Shown: positions 40,938 through 50,418, numbered from the stretch's first letter. The stretch: DNA of 64,000 nucleotides from an uncultured Gammaproteobacteria bacterium (GCA_963849825.1 CAWKIK010000003.1:361397-425396), one strand, 5' to 3'. The notes: a model not told the origin generated them from the letters alone. Program-made: numbers and translations.

Positions 40938-41468
40938 CGGCGCCACAGATTCGTAGGTCGGGTTAAGCCCGCAGGGCGAACCCGACAATGGCGGAGCTGA
41001 ACGCAAGATCGTCGGGTTACGCTGCGCTAACCCGACCTACGGGTGGCGGGAATTTACCATCGGCGCCGCAGACTCGTAAATTCGTAGGTCGGGTTAAACC
41101 CGCAGGGCGAACCCGGCAATGGCGAACCCGACAATGGCGGAGCCGAACGGAAGATCGTCGGGTTACGCTGCGCTAACCCGACCTACGGGTGGCGGGAATT
41201 TACCATCGGCGCCGCAGACTCGTAAATTCGTAGGTCGGGTTAAGCCCGCAGGGCGAACCCGGCAATGGCGGAGCCGACAATGGCGAACCCGAACGGAAGA
41301 TCGTCGGGTTACGCTGCACTAACCCGACCTACGGGTGGCGGGAATTTACCATCGGCGCCGCAGACTCGTAAATTCGTAGGTCGGGTTAAGCCCGCAGGGC
41401 GAACCCGACAATGGCGGAGCCGAACGGAAGATCGTCGGGTTACGCTGCACTAACCCGACCTACGGGTG
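40938..41468. repeat. Tandem array of four compound REP-like units (123, 146, 146 and about 116 bp)
   Basis: Unit boundaries (CGGCGCCRCAG) fall at 40938, 41061, 41207 and 41353. Each unit holds two GC-rich hairpins: CGGGTTAAGCCCGCAGGGCGAACCCG and CGGGTTACGCTGCGCTAACCCG. These are flanked by a perfect 14-nt inverted repeat, CGTAGGTCGGGTTA / TAACCCGACCTACG. A 12-nt micro-repeat (CAATGGCGRARCC-like) is present in one or two copies. Confidence 0.9.
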
Positions 41469-41546
41469 TCGGCGGTGCGTTGTTCGCGGCTGACAGTGCG
41501 CCCGGCCGGGTGCATAATCGAGCCGTGCTGAACGCCCATCGTCAAA

Positions 41547-42908
41547 ATGCTTACGCCGTCTGAACTCCATGCGGCACTAAGTCGTCGCCTTTGGAACATC
41601 GACATTACGGCATTGCCGAAACCGCGGCGCCGGCTGGTGTCTTCGTTACGGCTGGCCTACGCGGTGGGCCGCGACATCGCAGAAGGACAACTCACGCTGC
41701 GGGCCATGAGTCTTGTGTACACGACTTTATTGTCGCTGGTACCGCTGCTGGCCGTCAGTTTTTCCGTGCTCAAGGCATTCGGTGTACACAACCAGGTTGA
41801 ACCCCTGCTACTGAATCTGCTCGCACCGTTAGGCGACAAAGGCATCGAGATCACGACCCGGATCATCGAGTTCGTGGAAAACATCAAAGCCGGTCTGCTT
41901 GGCTCCGTGGGCTTGGCGTTTCTGATCTATACCGTTATTTCGCTAGTGCAGAAAGTCGAAAGGGCCTTCAACTTCACTTGGCACGTGAATCAGCACCGCC
42001 CGTTTACCCAGCGGTTCTCCGATTATTTGAGCGTCATCCTGATCGGGCCCGTATTGGTGTTTTCCGCAATAGGGTTGACTGCATCGATCGCCAGCAGCGG
42101 TCTGTTCCAGCAGCTCGCCTCCATCCAACCTCTGGGTAGCGTAATCCAGGCAGCGGGCCGCTTGATCCCTTATCTGCTGATCATCGGGGCCTTCACCTTC
42201 GTTTATCTGTTCGTGCCCAACACCAAGGTGCGCTGGTGGTCGGCCCTGGTCGGCGCCGTGATCGCGGGCGTGCTTTGGGAGTCGGCAGGCTGGCTGTTCG
42301 CATCCTTTGTGGTCAATTCGGTCAAGTACACCGCGATCTATTCGGCGTTCGCCACCTTGATCGTGTTCATGATCTGGTTGTATCTAAGTTGGTTGATCTT
42401 ACTCATCGGCGCCAGCATCGCCTTCTACCATCAGCACCCGGAATACCTGCGTCTGGAACACCAGCCGTTCAAGCTCAGCAACCGCAACCGTGAGAAATTG
42501 GCGCTCAACATCATGGCCCTGATCGGCAAGCGCTTTTATGACGCAACGCCGCAATGGGATGTCGAACACATGGCACAGCACCTGGGGATTCCGCTGGATG
42601 TGGTCGAGGAAATGACCGAACTGCTCGCCGAAGCCGGTCTGCTGGCGCGCGCACTGGACAGCCCGACCCGCTATTTGCCGGCCAGGCCAATGGAAACTGT
42701 AACGGTCAGCGAACTGCTCGAAGCAGTACGCCGCAGCGGCGGCTCTGCACCGCTGAACCAACGGCACCACGCGAGCAACCCTGCGGTCGAACGCGTACTG
42801 GCACGCCTGGAGCGCCAGCAACAGGAAGCACTTGCCGGCCAGACGCTCAAAAATCTGGCGCTTGGCGACCTGCCGGATCGCGAGGCCGAGGATTCCAGCG
42901 CCGCATGA
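41547..42908 (+). CDS. YihY/BrkB-family inner membrane protein with a C-terminal soluble extension
   Basis: The N-terminal 290 aa form the typical YihY six-TM core (LRAMSLVYTTLLSLVPLLAV ...). The C-terminal extension of about 150 aa resembles a winged helix. Confidence 0.8.
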   Translation: MLTPSELHAALSRRLWNIDITALPKPRRRLVSSLRLAYAVGRDIAEGQLTLRAMSLVYTTLLSLVPLLAVSFSVLKAFGVHNQVEPLLLNLLAPLGDKGIEITTRIIEFVENIKAGLLGSVGLAFLIYTVISLVQKVERAFNFTWHVNQHRPFTQRFSDYLSVILIGPVLVFSAIGLTASIASSGLFQQLASIQPLGSVIQAAGRLIPYLLIIGAFTFVYLFVPNTKVRWWSALVGAVIAGVLWESAGWLFASFVVNSVKYTAIYSAFATLIVFMIWLYLSWLILLIGASIAFYHQHPEYLRLEHQPFKLSNRNREKLALNIMALIGKRFYDATPQWDVEHMAQHLGIPLDVVEEMTELLAEAGLLARALDSPTRYLPARPMETVTVSELLEAVRRSGGSAPLNQRHHASNPAVERVLARLERQQQEALAGQTLKNLALGDLPDREAEDSSAA

Positions 42909-42984
42909 TCCGCGGCATTGCCACATCCACCTCAGGTCGCCGATCCCGACCGCAGCTCGGCGCCCGGCGAGCTTGCAGGTGCGA

Positions 42985-43191
42985 TTATGTCTGCGGTGTT
43001 ACGTTGGCGGCCTGCAGCCCCTTCGGACCGCGCTCGACTTCGAAGTTTACCGTCTGACCTTCGGCGAGGGTCCGAAAACCGCCGCCTTCGATTGCCGAAT
43101 AATGTACGAACACATCGTCGCCGCCGTCCTGGGGAGCGATGAAGCCGTAGCCTTTCGATTCATTGAACCACTTCACGGTGCCAGTTGCCAT
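42985..43191 (-). CDS. Cold-shock protein (CspA family)
   Basis: 68 aa: [34 protein letters not shown], with RNP1 and RNP2 motifs. The rest of the 177-aa ORF is treated as 5' leader. Confidence 0.9.
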   Translation of the reverse strand: MATGTVKWFNESKGYGFIAPQDGGDDVFVHYSAIEGGGFRTLAEGQTVNFEVERGPKGLQAANVTPQT

Positions 43192-43423
43192 CAGCAAGAA
43201 CCTCAAACAGAAATCTCGAACACAGCCGATTTGAGAACGTGCCATTGCGAACGAACCGCGACTCAACGCTCTCGAGAATCGACCACGGGCTTCCTGAGTA
43301 TAGCCAGGGGTTTTTGAGGCTGCCATGACAGGACTGCGGCGCGGATCAAGGTGTGTGCAGCGGTTCGCGAACGTAACTTGTGCGCGCCAAAGCAGTGCAA
43401 ACGAGGGGCGACACCCACGTCGT

Positions 43424-43708
43424 TCAATCTTTGATCCATCCTTGCAGAGCCTCAATGATCTTGCGCGCTTGATCGGCGCTCGAGATATTGAATTTCGATT
43501 TCTGCTGATACGCCCCATTGCGTTTCTGGTAACGACGTATCGTGTATTTTTCCGGTCCGTAGTCGTCCTTCTGCCGATCCCAGTCCTGGTAACGGAACAA
43601 CACTGTCGCCCACGCTCCTTTGGTCAGCACAACCTTGTCGAGTTGTTTGACGAGTTGCACGCCGTCTTCGCTGTAATCGACACTGAGTTCTTCCACTTCC
43701 GACGCCAT
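43424..43708 (-). CDS. Hypothetical protein (94 aa)
   Basis: GAGGA lies upstream of MASEVEEL. The composition is charged and globular. It is immediately downstream of ycgL on the same strand. Confidence 0.5.
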   Translation of the reverse strand: MASEVEELSVDYSEDGVQLVKQLDKVVLTKGAWATVLFRYQDWDRQKDDYGPEKYTIRRYQKRNGAYQQKSKFNISSADQARKIIEALQGWIKD

Positions 43709-43767
43709 GATGTCCTCGCTATGTTTTTGATGAAATGGTCGCGCTACGACCGAAATGATTGTGCCGT

Positions 43768-44013
43768 TCAAAGCTGCGCACGAACCGGCGGCATTTGCAG
43801 GAAATAGCCTGCCGCGCGCAGCCGTGCCAAAACCTGACCCGCATCCGCGCGGGCCAATGGCCGTGCGGGAAGCAACTCTAGATTCATCACCCATTCCAGT
43901 TGCCCGAGTTTGGCCAATAACGCCGGTGGCACTCGGGCAAAATCGTGTTCCCGTTCCACGTATAGATAGGTATCCGACTTGGCACTACTTTTGTAGATTG
44001 AACACTGCATCAT
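43768..44013 (-). CDS. ycgL: YcgL domain protein (DUF709)
   Basis: CSIYKSSAKSDTYLYVEREHDFARVPPALL matches the YcgL pattern. Confidence 0.7.
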   Translation of the reverse strand: MMQCSIYKSSAKSDTYLYVEREHDFARVPPALLAKLGQLEWVMNLELLPARPLARADAGQVLARLRAAGYFLQMPPVRAQL

Positions 44014-44155
44014 TCGGGGCGCTCTGGCATGGTTGCCAACCGTTTCCGGAGCGCTACCTTAGCAAATGCGCAGTTGTGGCGACAGCACAGCGGCGTAAAG
44101 TCGGGTGGTATCAAGTTCTTGGGCCTGCGCGGCCCGAAACCCAGAGGAACCCGTC

Positions 44156-44470
44156 ATGCACAGGCACGCCATCGCCAACGTAGGCCAACTGGTCCGCCAT
44201 AAGCTGTTCGACTACCGCGGCGTGGTGGTGGACGTGGACCCCGTCTTCATGCAGTCCGACGAATGGTACGACACCGTGGCCCGCTCGCGGCCGCCCAAGG
44301 ACGAGCCCTGGTACCGGGTATTGGTCGACGGATCCAATCAGCAGACTTACGTCGCCGAGCGCAATCTGGAAATAGACGGCAGCGCCGAACCCGTCAATCA
44401 CCCGCAGTTGGCGGAGTATTTCACCGACTTCTCCGACGGACGCTACGTTCCGTTTCAGCGCAGTAACTGA
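44156..44470 (+). CDS. hspQ: Heat shock protein HspQ (hemimethylated-DNA-binding YccV domain)
   Basis: GQLVRHKLFDYRGVVVDVDPVF ... PWYRVLV ... TYVAERNLE. Confidence 0.8.
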   Translation: MHRHAIANVGQLVRHKLFDYRGVVVDVDPVFMQSDEWYDTVARSRPPKDEPWYRVLVDGSNQQTYVAERNLEIDGSAEPVNHPQLAEYFTDFSDGRYVPFQRSN

Positions 44471-44566
44471 CTCTCCGGCGCCCCACCCGGCCGCCAGAAG
44501 ACCGCCGCTATTCAGTGCCCGGCCAAGAACCGGTAAACTGGGCGTTTCGCCCAAGATTTCGCCGGA

Positions 44567-46258
44567 GTGGCCATGACCAACAAGCTCAACCGTTACAGTT
44601 CCCGCATCACGCAGCCCAAATCCCAAGGCGCGTCCCAGGCCATGCTCTATGGCACCGGCCTGTCGGCGGAGGACATGGATAAAGCGGAAGTCGGCATTTC
44701 CAGCGTCTGGTGGGAAGGCAATACCTGCAACATGCACCTCAACGACCTCGCCGCCAAAATCAAGGAAGGCGTGGAAGCGGCGGGACTCGCCGGCATGCGC
44801 TTCAACACCATCGGCGTCTCCGACGGTATTTCCATGGGCACCGCAGGCATGAGCTATTCCCTGCAGTCTCGCGACCTGATCGCCGATTCGGTGGAAACGG
44901 TCATGAACGCCCAGTGGTACGACGCCAACATCTCGATCCCCGGTTGTGACAAGAATATGCCCGGCGTACTGATCGCCATGGGCCGCATCAACCGGCCGTC
45001 GCTGATGGTCTACGGCGGCACCATCAAGCCCGGCTACACCAGCAAGGACCATCAGGTCATCGACATCATTTCTGCGTTCCAAAGTTACGGCCAATTCCTC
45101 GGCCAGCACATCGACGAGGAACAACGGCAGGACATCGTTCAACATGCCTGCCCCGGACCCGGCGCCTGCGGCGGCATGTATACCGCCAACACCATGGCTT
45201 CGGCCATCGAGGCCATGGGTATGTCGCTGCCCTATTCTTCGTCCACCCCGGCGGTGGACCCCGGTAAGCTGGATGAGTGTCTGCGCGCGGGGCAAGCCAT
45301 CCGCCACCTGCTGGAACAGGACATCAAACCCCGGGACATCATGACTCGGGCCGCATTCGAGAATGCCATGGTGATCGTCATGGCCCTGGGCGGCTCCACC
45401 AATGCTGTGTTGCACCTCATTGCCATGGCCCGTGCGGTGGACGTGGAATTGGGACTGGACGATTTCCAGGCGGTCTCGGACCGGGTACCGTTCCTGGCCG
45501 ACCTGAAACCTTCCGGCAAATACGTCATGGAAGACCTGCACAATGCCGGCGGCACCCCCGCCGTGATGAAATATCTGCTGGAAAAGGACCTGCTCGACGG
45601 CACCTGCCTCACCGTCACCGGCAAGACCGTCGCCGAGAACCTGGTCGACCTGCCGGGCCTGGCCGCGGACCAGCAGGTGTTCATGCCATTGGAAAAGCCG
45701 ATCAAGAAAACCGGGCATCTGCAGATCCTCAAAGGCAATCTGGCACCTGGCGGCTCGGTGGCCAAGATCACCGGCAAGGAAGGCGAGCGCTTCGAAGGGC
45801 CGGCACGGGTGTTCGACTGCGAGGAGGACATGCTCAAGGGCTTGGAGGACGGTAAGATTCAAAAAGGCGACGTGGTGGTGATCCGTTATGAAGGCCCCAA
45901 GGGCGGACCCGGCATGCCGGAGATGCTCACCCCGACTTCGGCGATCATGGGCGCGGGCCTCGGCAACGACGTGGCGCTGCTCACCGATGGCCGTTTTTCC
46001 GGTGGCTCCCACGGCTTCATCATCGGTCACATCGTGCCCGAGGCCCAGGAAGGCGGACCGATCGGTTTGATCCAGGACGGCGACCGCATCGTCATCGACG
46101 CATCCAGCCGCGAGCTTACGGTGGAATTGAGCGATGCCGAGCTGCAGCAACGCCGCGCGCGATGGCAGATGCCGCCGTATAAGGTCAGTCGTGGCACGCT
46201 GTTCAAATACATCAAAACCGTAAAAGATGCTTCCCAGGGCTGCGTCACAGACGAGTGA
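44567..46258 (+). CDS. ilvD: Dihydroxy-acid dehydratase
   Basis: About 560 aa with [34 protein letters not shown] and [16 protein letters not shown] blocks. The start is GTG at 44567 or ATG at 44573. Confidence 0.9.
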   Translation: MAMTNKLNRYSSRITQPKSQGASQAMLYGTGLSAEDMDKAEVGISSVWWEGNTCNMHLNDLAAKIKEGVEAAGLAGMRFNTIGVSDGISMGTAGMSYSLQSRDLIADSVETVMNAQWYDANISIPGCDKNMPGVLIAMGRINRPSLMVYGGTIKPGYTSKDHQVIDIISAFQSYGQFLGQHIDEEQRQDIVQHACPGPGACGGMYTANTMASAIEAMGMSLPYSSSTPAVDPGKLDECLRAGQAIRHLLEQDIKPRDIMTRAAFENAMVIVMALGGSTNAVLHLIAMARAVDVELGLDDFQAVSDRVPFLADLKPSGKYVMEDLHNAGGTPAVMKYLLEKDLLDGTCLTVTGKTVAENLVDLPGLAADQQVFMPLEKPIKKTGHLQILKGNLAPGGSVAKITGKEGERFEGPARVFDCEEDMLKGLEDGKIQKGDVVVIRYEGPKGGPGMPEMLTPTSAIMGAGLGNDVALLTDGRFSGGSHGFIIGHIVPEAQEGGPIGLIQDGDRIVIDASSRELTVELSDAELQQRRARWQMPPYKVSRGTLFKYIKTVKDASQGCVTDE

Positions 46259-46530
46259 AGCTCGCGGTGCACAATGCCTTGGCAGACGCGGTAGCCGCGA
46301 TCGAGGCTGCGCCAGAGTCGCAGCAGGCGCTGTTGTTATACGCCTTGATCAGTACCTTGGCCGTGGAGAAGGCCGGTTGCATGTTCAAGCTGACCAAGCT
46401 GCGGGAAATGGACGCCGACACCCGGCAGCTCGCCTACGGGCTGATGGAGTTCATGGCCCGCGGCCAGAACCGCGGCGAGCCATGGGAGCAGGCATTGGCG
46501 CGCATCGAGCACGCAATTCGCGGAGCGTAG
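46255..46530 (+). CDS. Hypothetical small protein (91 aa)
   Basis: The GTG start overlaps the ilvD stop (GTGA), which suggests translational coupling. The composition is helical. I recognise no family. Confidence 0.4.
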   Translation: MKLAVHNALADAVAAIEAAPESQQALLLYALISTLAVEKAGCMFKLTKLREMDADTRQLAYGLMEFMARGQNRGEPWEQALARIEHAIRGA

Positions 46531-46532
46531 AT

Positions 46533-46841
46533 TCAATCCGGCTTATCCCGCGGCAAAACATCGCGGGTATCTTCAACGCCTTTTTCAAAACCATGGGCGT
46601 AGGCTTGGCCCCAGGCCATGATTCGGTGCGGCGCCAATGATTGCGCGTCATCTTGCGCGCATTCATCGTCCAGTGCATTGCTATACCCCAGTTCCCGCAT
46701 TGCGGAAAGGATCCCGCCGCCATAGCCGCGGTTATACCAGCTTTGCGAATCCCCCGGTTGTTCGAGAAACTCAGCGCTTTCCCGACGCAACCGTTTGGCC
46801 AGCGCAATCAATCGCCCAACGATCTGCTCTGAAGCGGCCAT
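46533..46841 (-). CDS. Hypothetical protein (102 aa)
   Basis: It is adjacent to the upstream cupin gene (the coordinates share nt 46841). I recognise no family. Confidence 0.4.
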   Translation of the reverse strand: MAASEQIVGRLIALAKRLRRESAEFLEQPGDSQSWYNRGYGGGILSAMRELGYSNALDDECAQDDAQSLAPHRIMAWGQAYAHGFEKGVEDTRDVLPRDKPD

Positions 46842-47116
46842 CAGTCGCGCAGATAATGTTTACGCATGGTTTTGACGACCTCCCACGTGCAGGACATACC
46901 CTTGGGAAAATTGACCAAATCCCGCGCCTTGATGATCACGGGCTCACCACCGGCGGGCGTGACCACTGCTTCGCCCTCGAGAATATAAGCCATTTCCTTC
47001 GTGTCGTAGGTCCAGTTGAAGGTAGACGGTTCTTTGCGCCAGATTGGCCAGCTGTCCACATACATCGCTTCCAGCTTCATGGGAGAGGGATTGTGTTCGA
47101 TGGTGATGATATCCAT
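46841..47116 (-). CDS. Cupin domain protein (DUF861/cupin_3-like)
   Basis: WPIWRKEPSTFNWTYDTKEMAYILEGEAVV ... FPKGMSCTWEV ... RKHY. Confidence 0.65.
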   Translation of the reverse strand: MDIITIEHNPSPMKLEAMYVDSWPIWRKEPSTFNWTYDTKEMAYILEGEAVVTPAGGEPVIIKARDLVNFPKGMSCTWEVVKTMRKHYLRD

Positions 47117-47205
47117 GGGCGCTCCGATCGGTCGCTGCACTCCAACGGGGATTATACCCCAGCCCTGCCGCTGCTCCGCCGGCGCCGATTGACTAAACTA
47201 CGCTC

Positions 47206-47631
47206 ATGTCCCACGCCAAACGCAGGTTCATTCGTCACCCGTTCGACATACCGATCGAAGTCGAGGCCGGCGTCCAGGCGCGGGTGAGCCCTACCCTGCG
47301 CGACGTGTGCGATGGCGGCATTTCATTTCAGACACGCCAGCCGGTACGTCCCGGCCAGCATCTGCGAATGCGCATACCGCTGCTGCAGCCGACTTTTGAA
47401 GCCGAAGGAAAAGTGATCTGGTGCGAAGCGGCGACTGCAGGTGGTTACGAGGTGGGCGTTTCGTTTCTAAATCCGGAAGACGCCTACCGCGCGCGGATGA
47501 TGGAGCAGATCTGCCACATCGAACAGTACCGACGTGAAGTCGAACTAAGCGAAGGCCGAGAGCTCAACGATCGGGAAGCGGCGATGGAGTGGATCGAGCG
47601 CTACGCACCCCATTTTCCGGGCGCGGACTGA
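47206..47631 (+). CDS. PilZ domain protein
   Basis: N-terminal RRFIR (RxxxR) and a downstream DGGISF-type motif. Length is 141 aa. Confidence 0.65.
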   Translation: MSHAKRRFIRHPFDIPIEVEAGVQARVSPTLRDVCDGGISFQTRQPVRPGQHLRMRIPLLQPTFEAEGKVIWCEAATAGGYEVGVSFLNPEDAYRARMMEQICHIEQYRREVELSEGRELNDREAAMEWIERYAPHFPGAD

Positions 47632-47632
47632 A

Positions 47633-48418
47633 TCAGCTGCTGAAGTAGGCCATCCACGCGCTGCCCAATTGCAGCATGTCCATGTCTTTGAGCACGATAG
47701 TCCCCGTATCGAGGTCCTGACTGTTCAGGCGCACCACCTGTTGCCGCGCCCCGGCCGCGCGTTGCACGACCCAGTGTTCCTGCTGGCGCTGCACCTGCAC
47801 GCCGGGCAACAATTCCAATCCTTCGTCCGGGACGTTCACGCGTTGTCCGGCGCGCTCGCCCACCATGACCTTGAAGTAGCCGCCGCTCGTCAGCGATGCG
47901 GCTCTTGCACCGGCTGCTTGCGCCCCGGTCGGCTTTGACGCTCCAGCAGGCGGAGACGGGGGAAGCGCCGCGGACTCCGATCGGAGTTCGGGGATGGGCG
48001 AACCGCGCTTTGATTGCGGCGCTGTCCCGGAATGCTGCGTTACGCCGGGCGTGCCGCGACTCAAGGGGACCTCACGCGCCATGACGATGGTCGCATCGGC
48101 TGCCGGCGCTCGGGGCGGCACGCGCGCGGCGACCGCGGCATCGAAGCGCAGTTCGAATTTGCCGATGACGATGACGTCGCCCGCATGCAATGTATGCATG
48201 CGCACCCGGCGCCCGTTTACAAAGGTGCCGTTGGTGCTACCAAGGTCTTCGATATAAGAGGATTGAAAGTAGCTGACGATCTTTGCGTGATGCCCGCTAA
48301 CTGTCACGTCACTCAGGCAAAAATCGTTGTCGGCCTTGCGCCCGACGGTCACCGTCCCGGGCTTGAGCTCGCGCTCACTCGGCGGAGTTCCCTCACCGCT
48401 GATCGTGATTCTGGCCAT
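47633..48418 (-). CDS. FHA domain protein
   Basis: GGAGG lies upstream of MARITISG. The FHA core is VTVGRKADNDFCLSDVTVSGHHAKI ... EDLGSTNGTFVNG. An Ala/Pro-rich linker leads to a C-terminal domain of about 90 aa. Confidence 0.75.
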   Translation of the reverse strand: MARITISGEGTPPSERELKPGTVTVGRKADNDFCLSDVTVSGHHAKIVSYFQSSYIEDLGSTNGTFVNGRRVRMHTLHAGDVIVIGKFELRFDAAVAARVPPRAPAADATIVMAREVPLSRGTPGVTQHSGTAPQSKRGSPIPELRSESAALPPSPPAGASKPTGAQAAGARAASLTSGGYFKVMVGERAGQRVNVPDEGLELLPGVQVQRQQEHWVVQRAAGARQQVVRLNSQDLDTGTIVLKDMDMLQLGSAWMAYFSS

Positions 48419-48477
48419 GGCGCCCTCCGCTGTAGATTGTAATAGCGGCAGCAGGGGCGCTGACTTTAGAAATTTTT

Positions 48478-48813
48478 TCAATCTTTGACGACTAGTTCCG
48501 CACTGAGCTGATCGCCCTGCAAATCGATGCGAACGGCCCGCAGATCAGGCAGGCGTTGGGCCAGATAGGTCAGCATGGCCGCGGCCTTCTCTTCAGCGCC
48601 TTGCTGAAGCGCCTGGGCCATGGATTGGGCGACGAACTGCGCCCGCTGCATCGACTCCGGCGCCGCGATCCACTCCCCATGCAAGTCGATGCCTTGGTCC
48701 ATTTTGCGGTCCATGCGGCGCAAATAATTCTGCTGCAGAATCGGAACCGGCTTGCTGCGATCGTATTGCAGCACTTCGGCGCCGTTGAAGTAGGTCGATA
48801 CGGTCTGGGTCAT
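48478..48813 (-). CDS. Hypothetical protein (111 aa) upstream of the FHA gene
   Basis: It is on the same strand as the FHA gene and ends 59 bp before the FHA start. It has no obvious Shine-Dalgarno and I recognise no family. Confidence 0.45.
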   Translation of the reverse strand: MTQTVSTYFNGAEVLQYDRSKPVPILQQNYLRRMDRKMDQGIDLHGEWIAAPESMQRAQFVAQSMAQALQQGAEEKAAAMLTYLAQRLPDLRAVRIDLQGDQLSAELVVKD

Positions 48814-49231
48814 GGGAAATGTCGTTGCGAGTGCAGCGGGCTATTCTAACCCGGCGCAGGCGTTCACTTGAACCGCTTAGGGGCACCTGCTGGTACGTTC
48901 CCTCCCATCGGCAAGACTTCGCCCCCGGCGCCGCGGCTTGGACCAAACTCTCGGCACCGCGATCCGGCCACCGGTCCCGGCAGCGGCGGCGGGCAAGGGA
49001 GACGTCCTCCGGTCACAAACCGGCCAATGACGGTGTCGCGATATAGTCCACGATGCGGCGCGCAATAATGCATCCCGGCCGCATCACGATGTTCAGCCAA
49101 GCGGACTCGAACAGGGCGCCATTGCGCTGCAGGTTTTGACGTCGACCCGCGAACAGGTCCTCTTAGATTTCCCTGACGCCAACCACAATGGACAAAGCTA
49201 CCGGCAATGACGTCCGCCGCGACCGCGCACA

Positions 49232-49705
49232 TCACGGCGTGAGCCGTGTGTCGAGCGGGATGGACCCGTGGTATTCGAAACCGACCGGCACCAGCCGGGT
49301 ACTCAATTTCACCTCCCCCGCAAGCCGGTAGCGCAGTTCGCCGTGCTGGACGTCCGGCCACTGCCTGAGCTGTGCGATCAGCGTGCCGATGGTGCTGATC
49401 ATATCGACTTCCAGCATACGTTCCTCGTATGCGGGCACCGTTACCGATTGGCTGCTGACACCACGGGCGAATTCGAGACCGTTCAAGTAAAGGCGATACT
49501 GCAGCCCCGCGATTGGCAGGGCGTAAGGGTTCGGATTCTGGATCCGCAGCTGCAGCCGATAGCGTTGTTCCAGGAGCTGGGCATCCAACAGACTGAGACT
49601 TGAAATCGAAATGGACGGCGCTTGAATACGAGCGAAAGGGCCTGAACATGCCATCAGCATCGAAAAAATCGACAGCAGCAATACGAGGCGTGACCGCATC
49701 CGCAT
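49232..49705 (-). CDS. LEA type 2 / water-stress and hypersensitive-response domain lipoprotein
   Basis: Signal peptide with lipobox LMAC, and the LEA_2-like pattern LRIQNPNPYALPIAGLQYRLYLNG. Confidence 0.65.
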   Translation of the reverse strand: MRMRSRLVLLLSIFSMLMACSGPFARIQAPSISISSLSLLDAQLLEQRYRLQLRIQNPNPYALPIAGLQYRLYLNGLEFARGVSSQSVTVPAYEERMLEVDMISTIGTLIAQLRQWPDVQHGELRYRLAGEVKLSTRLVPVGFEYHGSIPLDTRLTP

Positions 49706-49728
49706 CCTCCAGGTGATACCGTTACATT

Positions 49729-50418
49729 ATGTGCTTGCACAACTTGATGCAACGCCCGCCTTCGTTTGGTACTTGGCGTGGTAAGATTTACGCCATCACG
49801 CCAGCCCATTTGCGAAGAAGCCACTTGAAACCGACGGTCCTATACCTGCCAATCGTATGTCTTGCCATCGCCGCGTCGATCTACGGATGCGCCTCCGCAC
49901 CCCCACTGCGTCCCGCCCAATACGGCCACCCGGAACTGGTCGAGATCCATCGTGCCTTCGAACACGCCGTGCAGCAGGCGCACGCAGATCCTGATGTGCA
50001 CTGGCGCAGCGGCTGGACCGGCAATGTATTGGTTAACATGAGCCCGGAAGACGAGCACGGCTTGTGCTATCAGTGGCAGGAATTGGTTTACGCTGGCGTG
50101 CTCGATACCGTCGAACGCGTCGGTTGGCACGCCAACGGCATCGTCATCAACGATAAGACCCGGCATGAGCATCACGCCGTCGTCGTCTTCGACCCGAAGG
50201 TCACGGACCAGAACCATATTCTGGACGCGCCTGGATCCAACCCTGCGTGGGTTTTGGATGCCTGGCGGCGGGGAAAGGCCGACATTTTCACCGTGCAACA
50301 ATGGATCGAATTGCCGCTATTCAAACTGGTACCACCCAGAATCACCGGCGTGACCGTCGATTCCAACATTAGCGCTTCTCTGCATCATCACATGCGAACC
50401 CAAAGCCCTGCGGAGTAA
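49729..50418 (+). CDS. Hypothetical lipoprotein
   Basis: The lipobox IYGC is preceded by a hydrophobic stretch. The real start is probably the TTG at 49825. I recognise no family. Confidence 0.5.
   Translation: MCLHNLMQRPPSFGTWRGKIYAITPAHLRRSHLKPTVLYLPIVCLAIAASIYGCASAPPLRPAQYGHPELVEIHRAFEHAVQQAHADPDVHWRSGWTGNVLVNMSPEDEHGLCYQWQELVYAGVLDTVERVGWHANGIVINDKTRHEHHAVVVFDPKVTDQNHILDAPGSNPAWVLDAWRRGKADIFTVQQWIELPLFKLVPPRITGVTVDSNISASLHHHMRTQSPAE

Noticed and set aside
40988-41453. Three 62-67-aa ORFs plus a 139-aa ORF tail encoding near-identical peptides (VGRVKPAGRTRQWR ...)
   Set aside because: They are generated by the tandem REP-like repeat units. The identical peptides simply mirror the DNA repeat, and matching ORFs exist on the opposite strand.
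40938-41468. Possible CRISPR array
   Set aside because: The units are 123-146 bp and contiguous, with no unique spacers. The repeats are imperfect palindromic composites, and no cas genes or leader are present.
44111-46150. 679-aa minus-strand ORF
   Set aside because: It is antisense to ilvD, whose own reading frame has unmistakable dihydroxy-acid dehydratase motifs. The shadow ORF is low complexity (Gly/Ala/His/Val/Asp-rich).
48864-49649. 261-aa minus-strand ORF
   Set aside because: It overlaps the LEA_2 lipoprotein gene out of frame. The composition is Arg/Pro/Gly/Ala-rich and it has no motifs.
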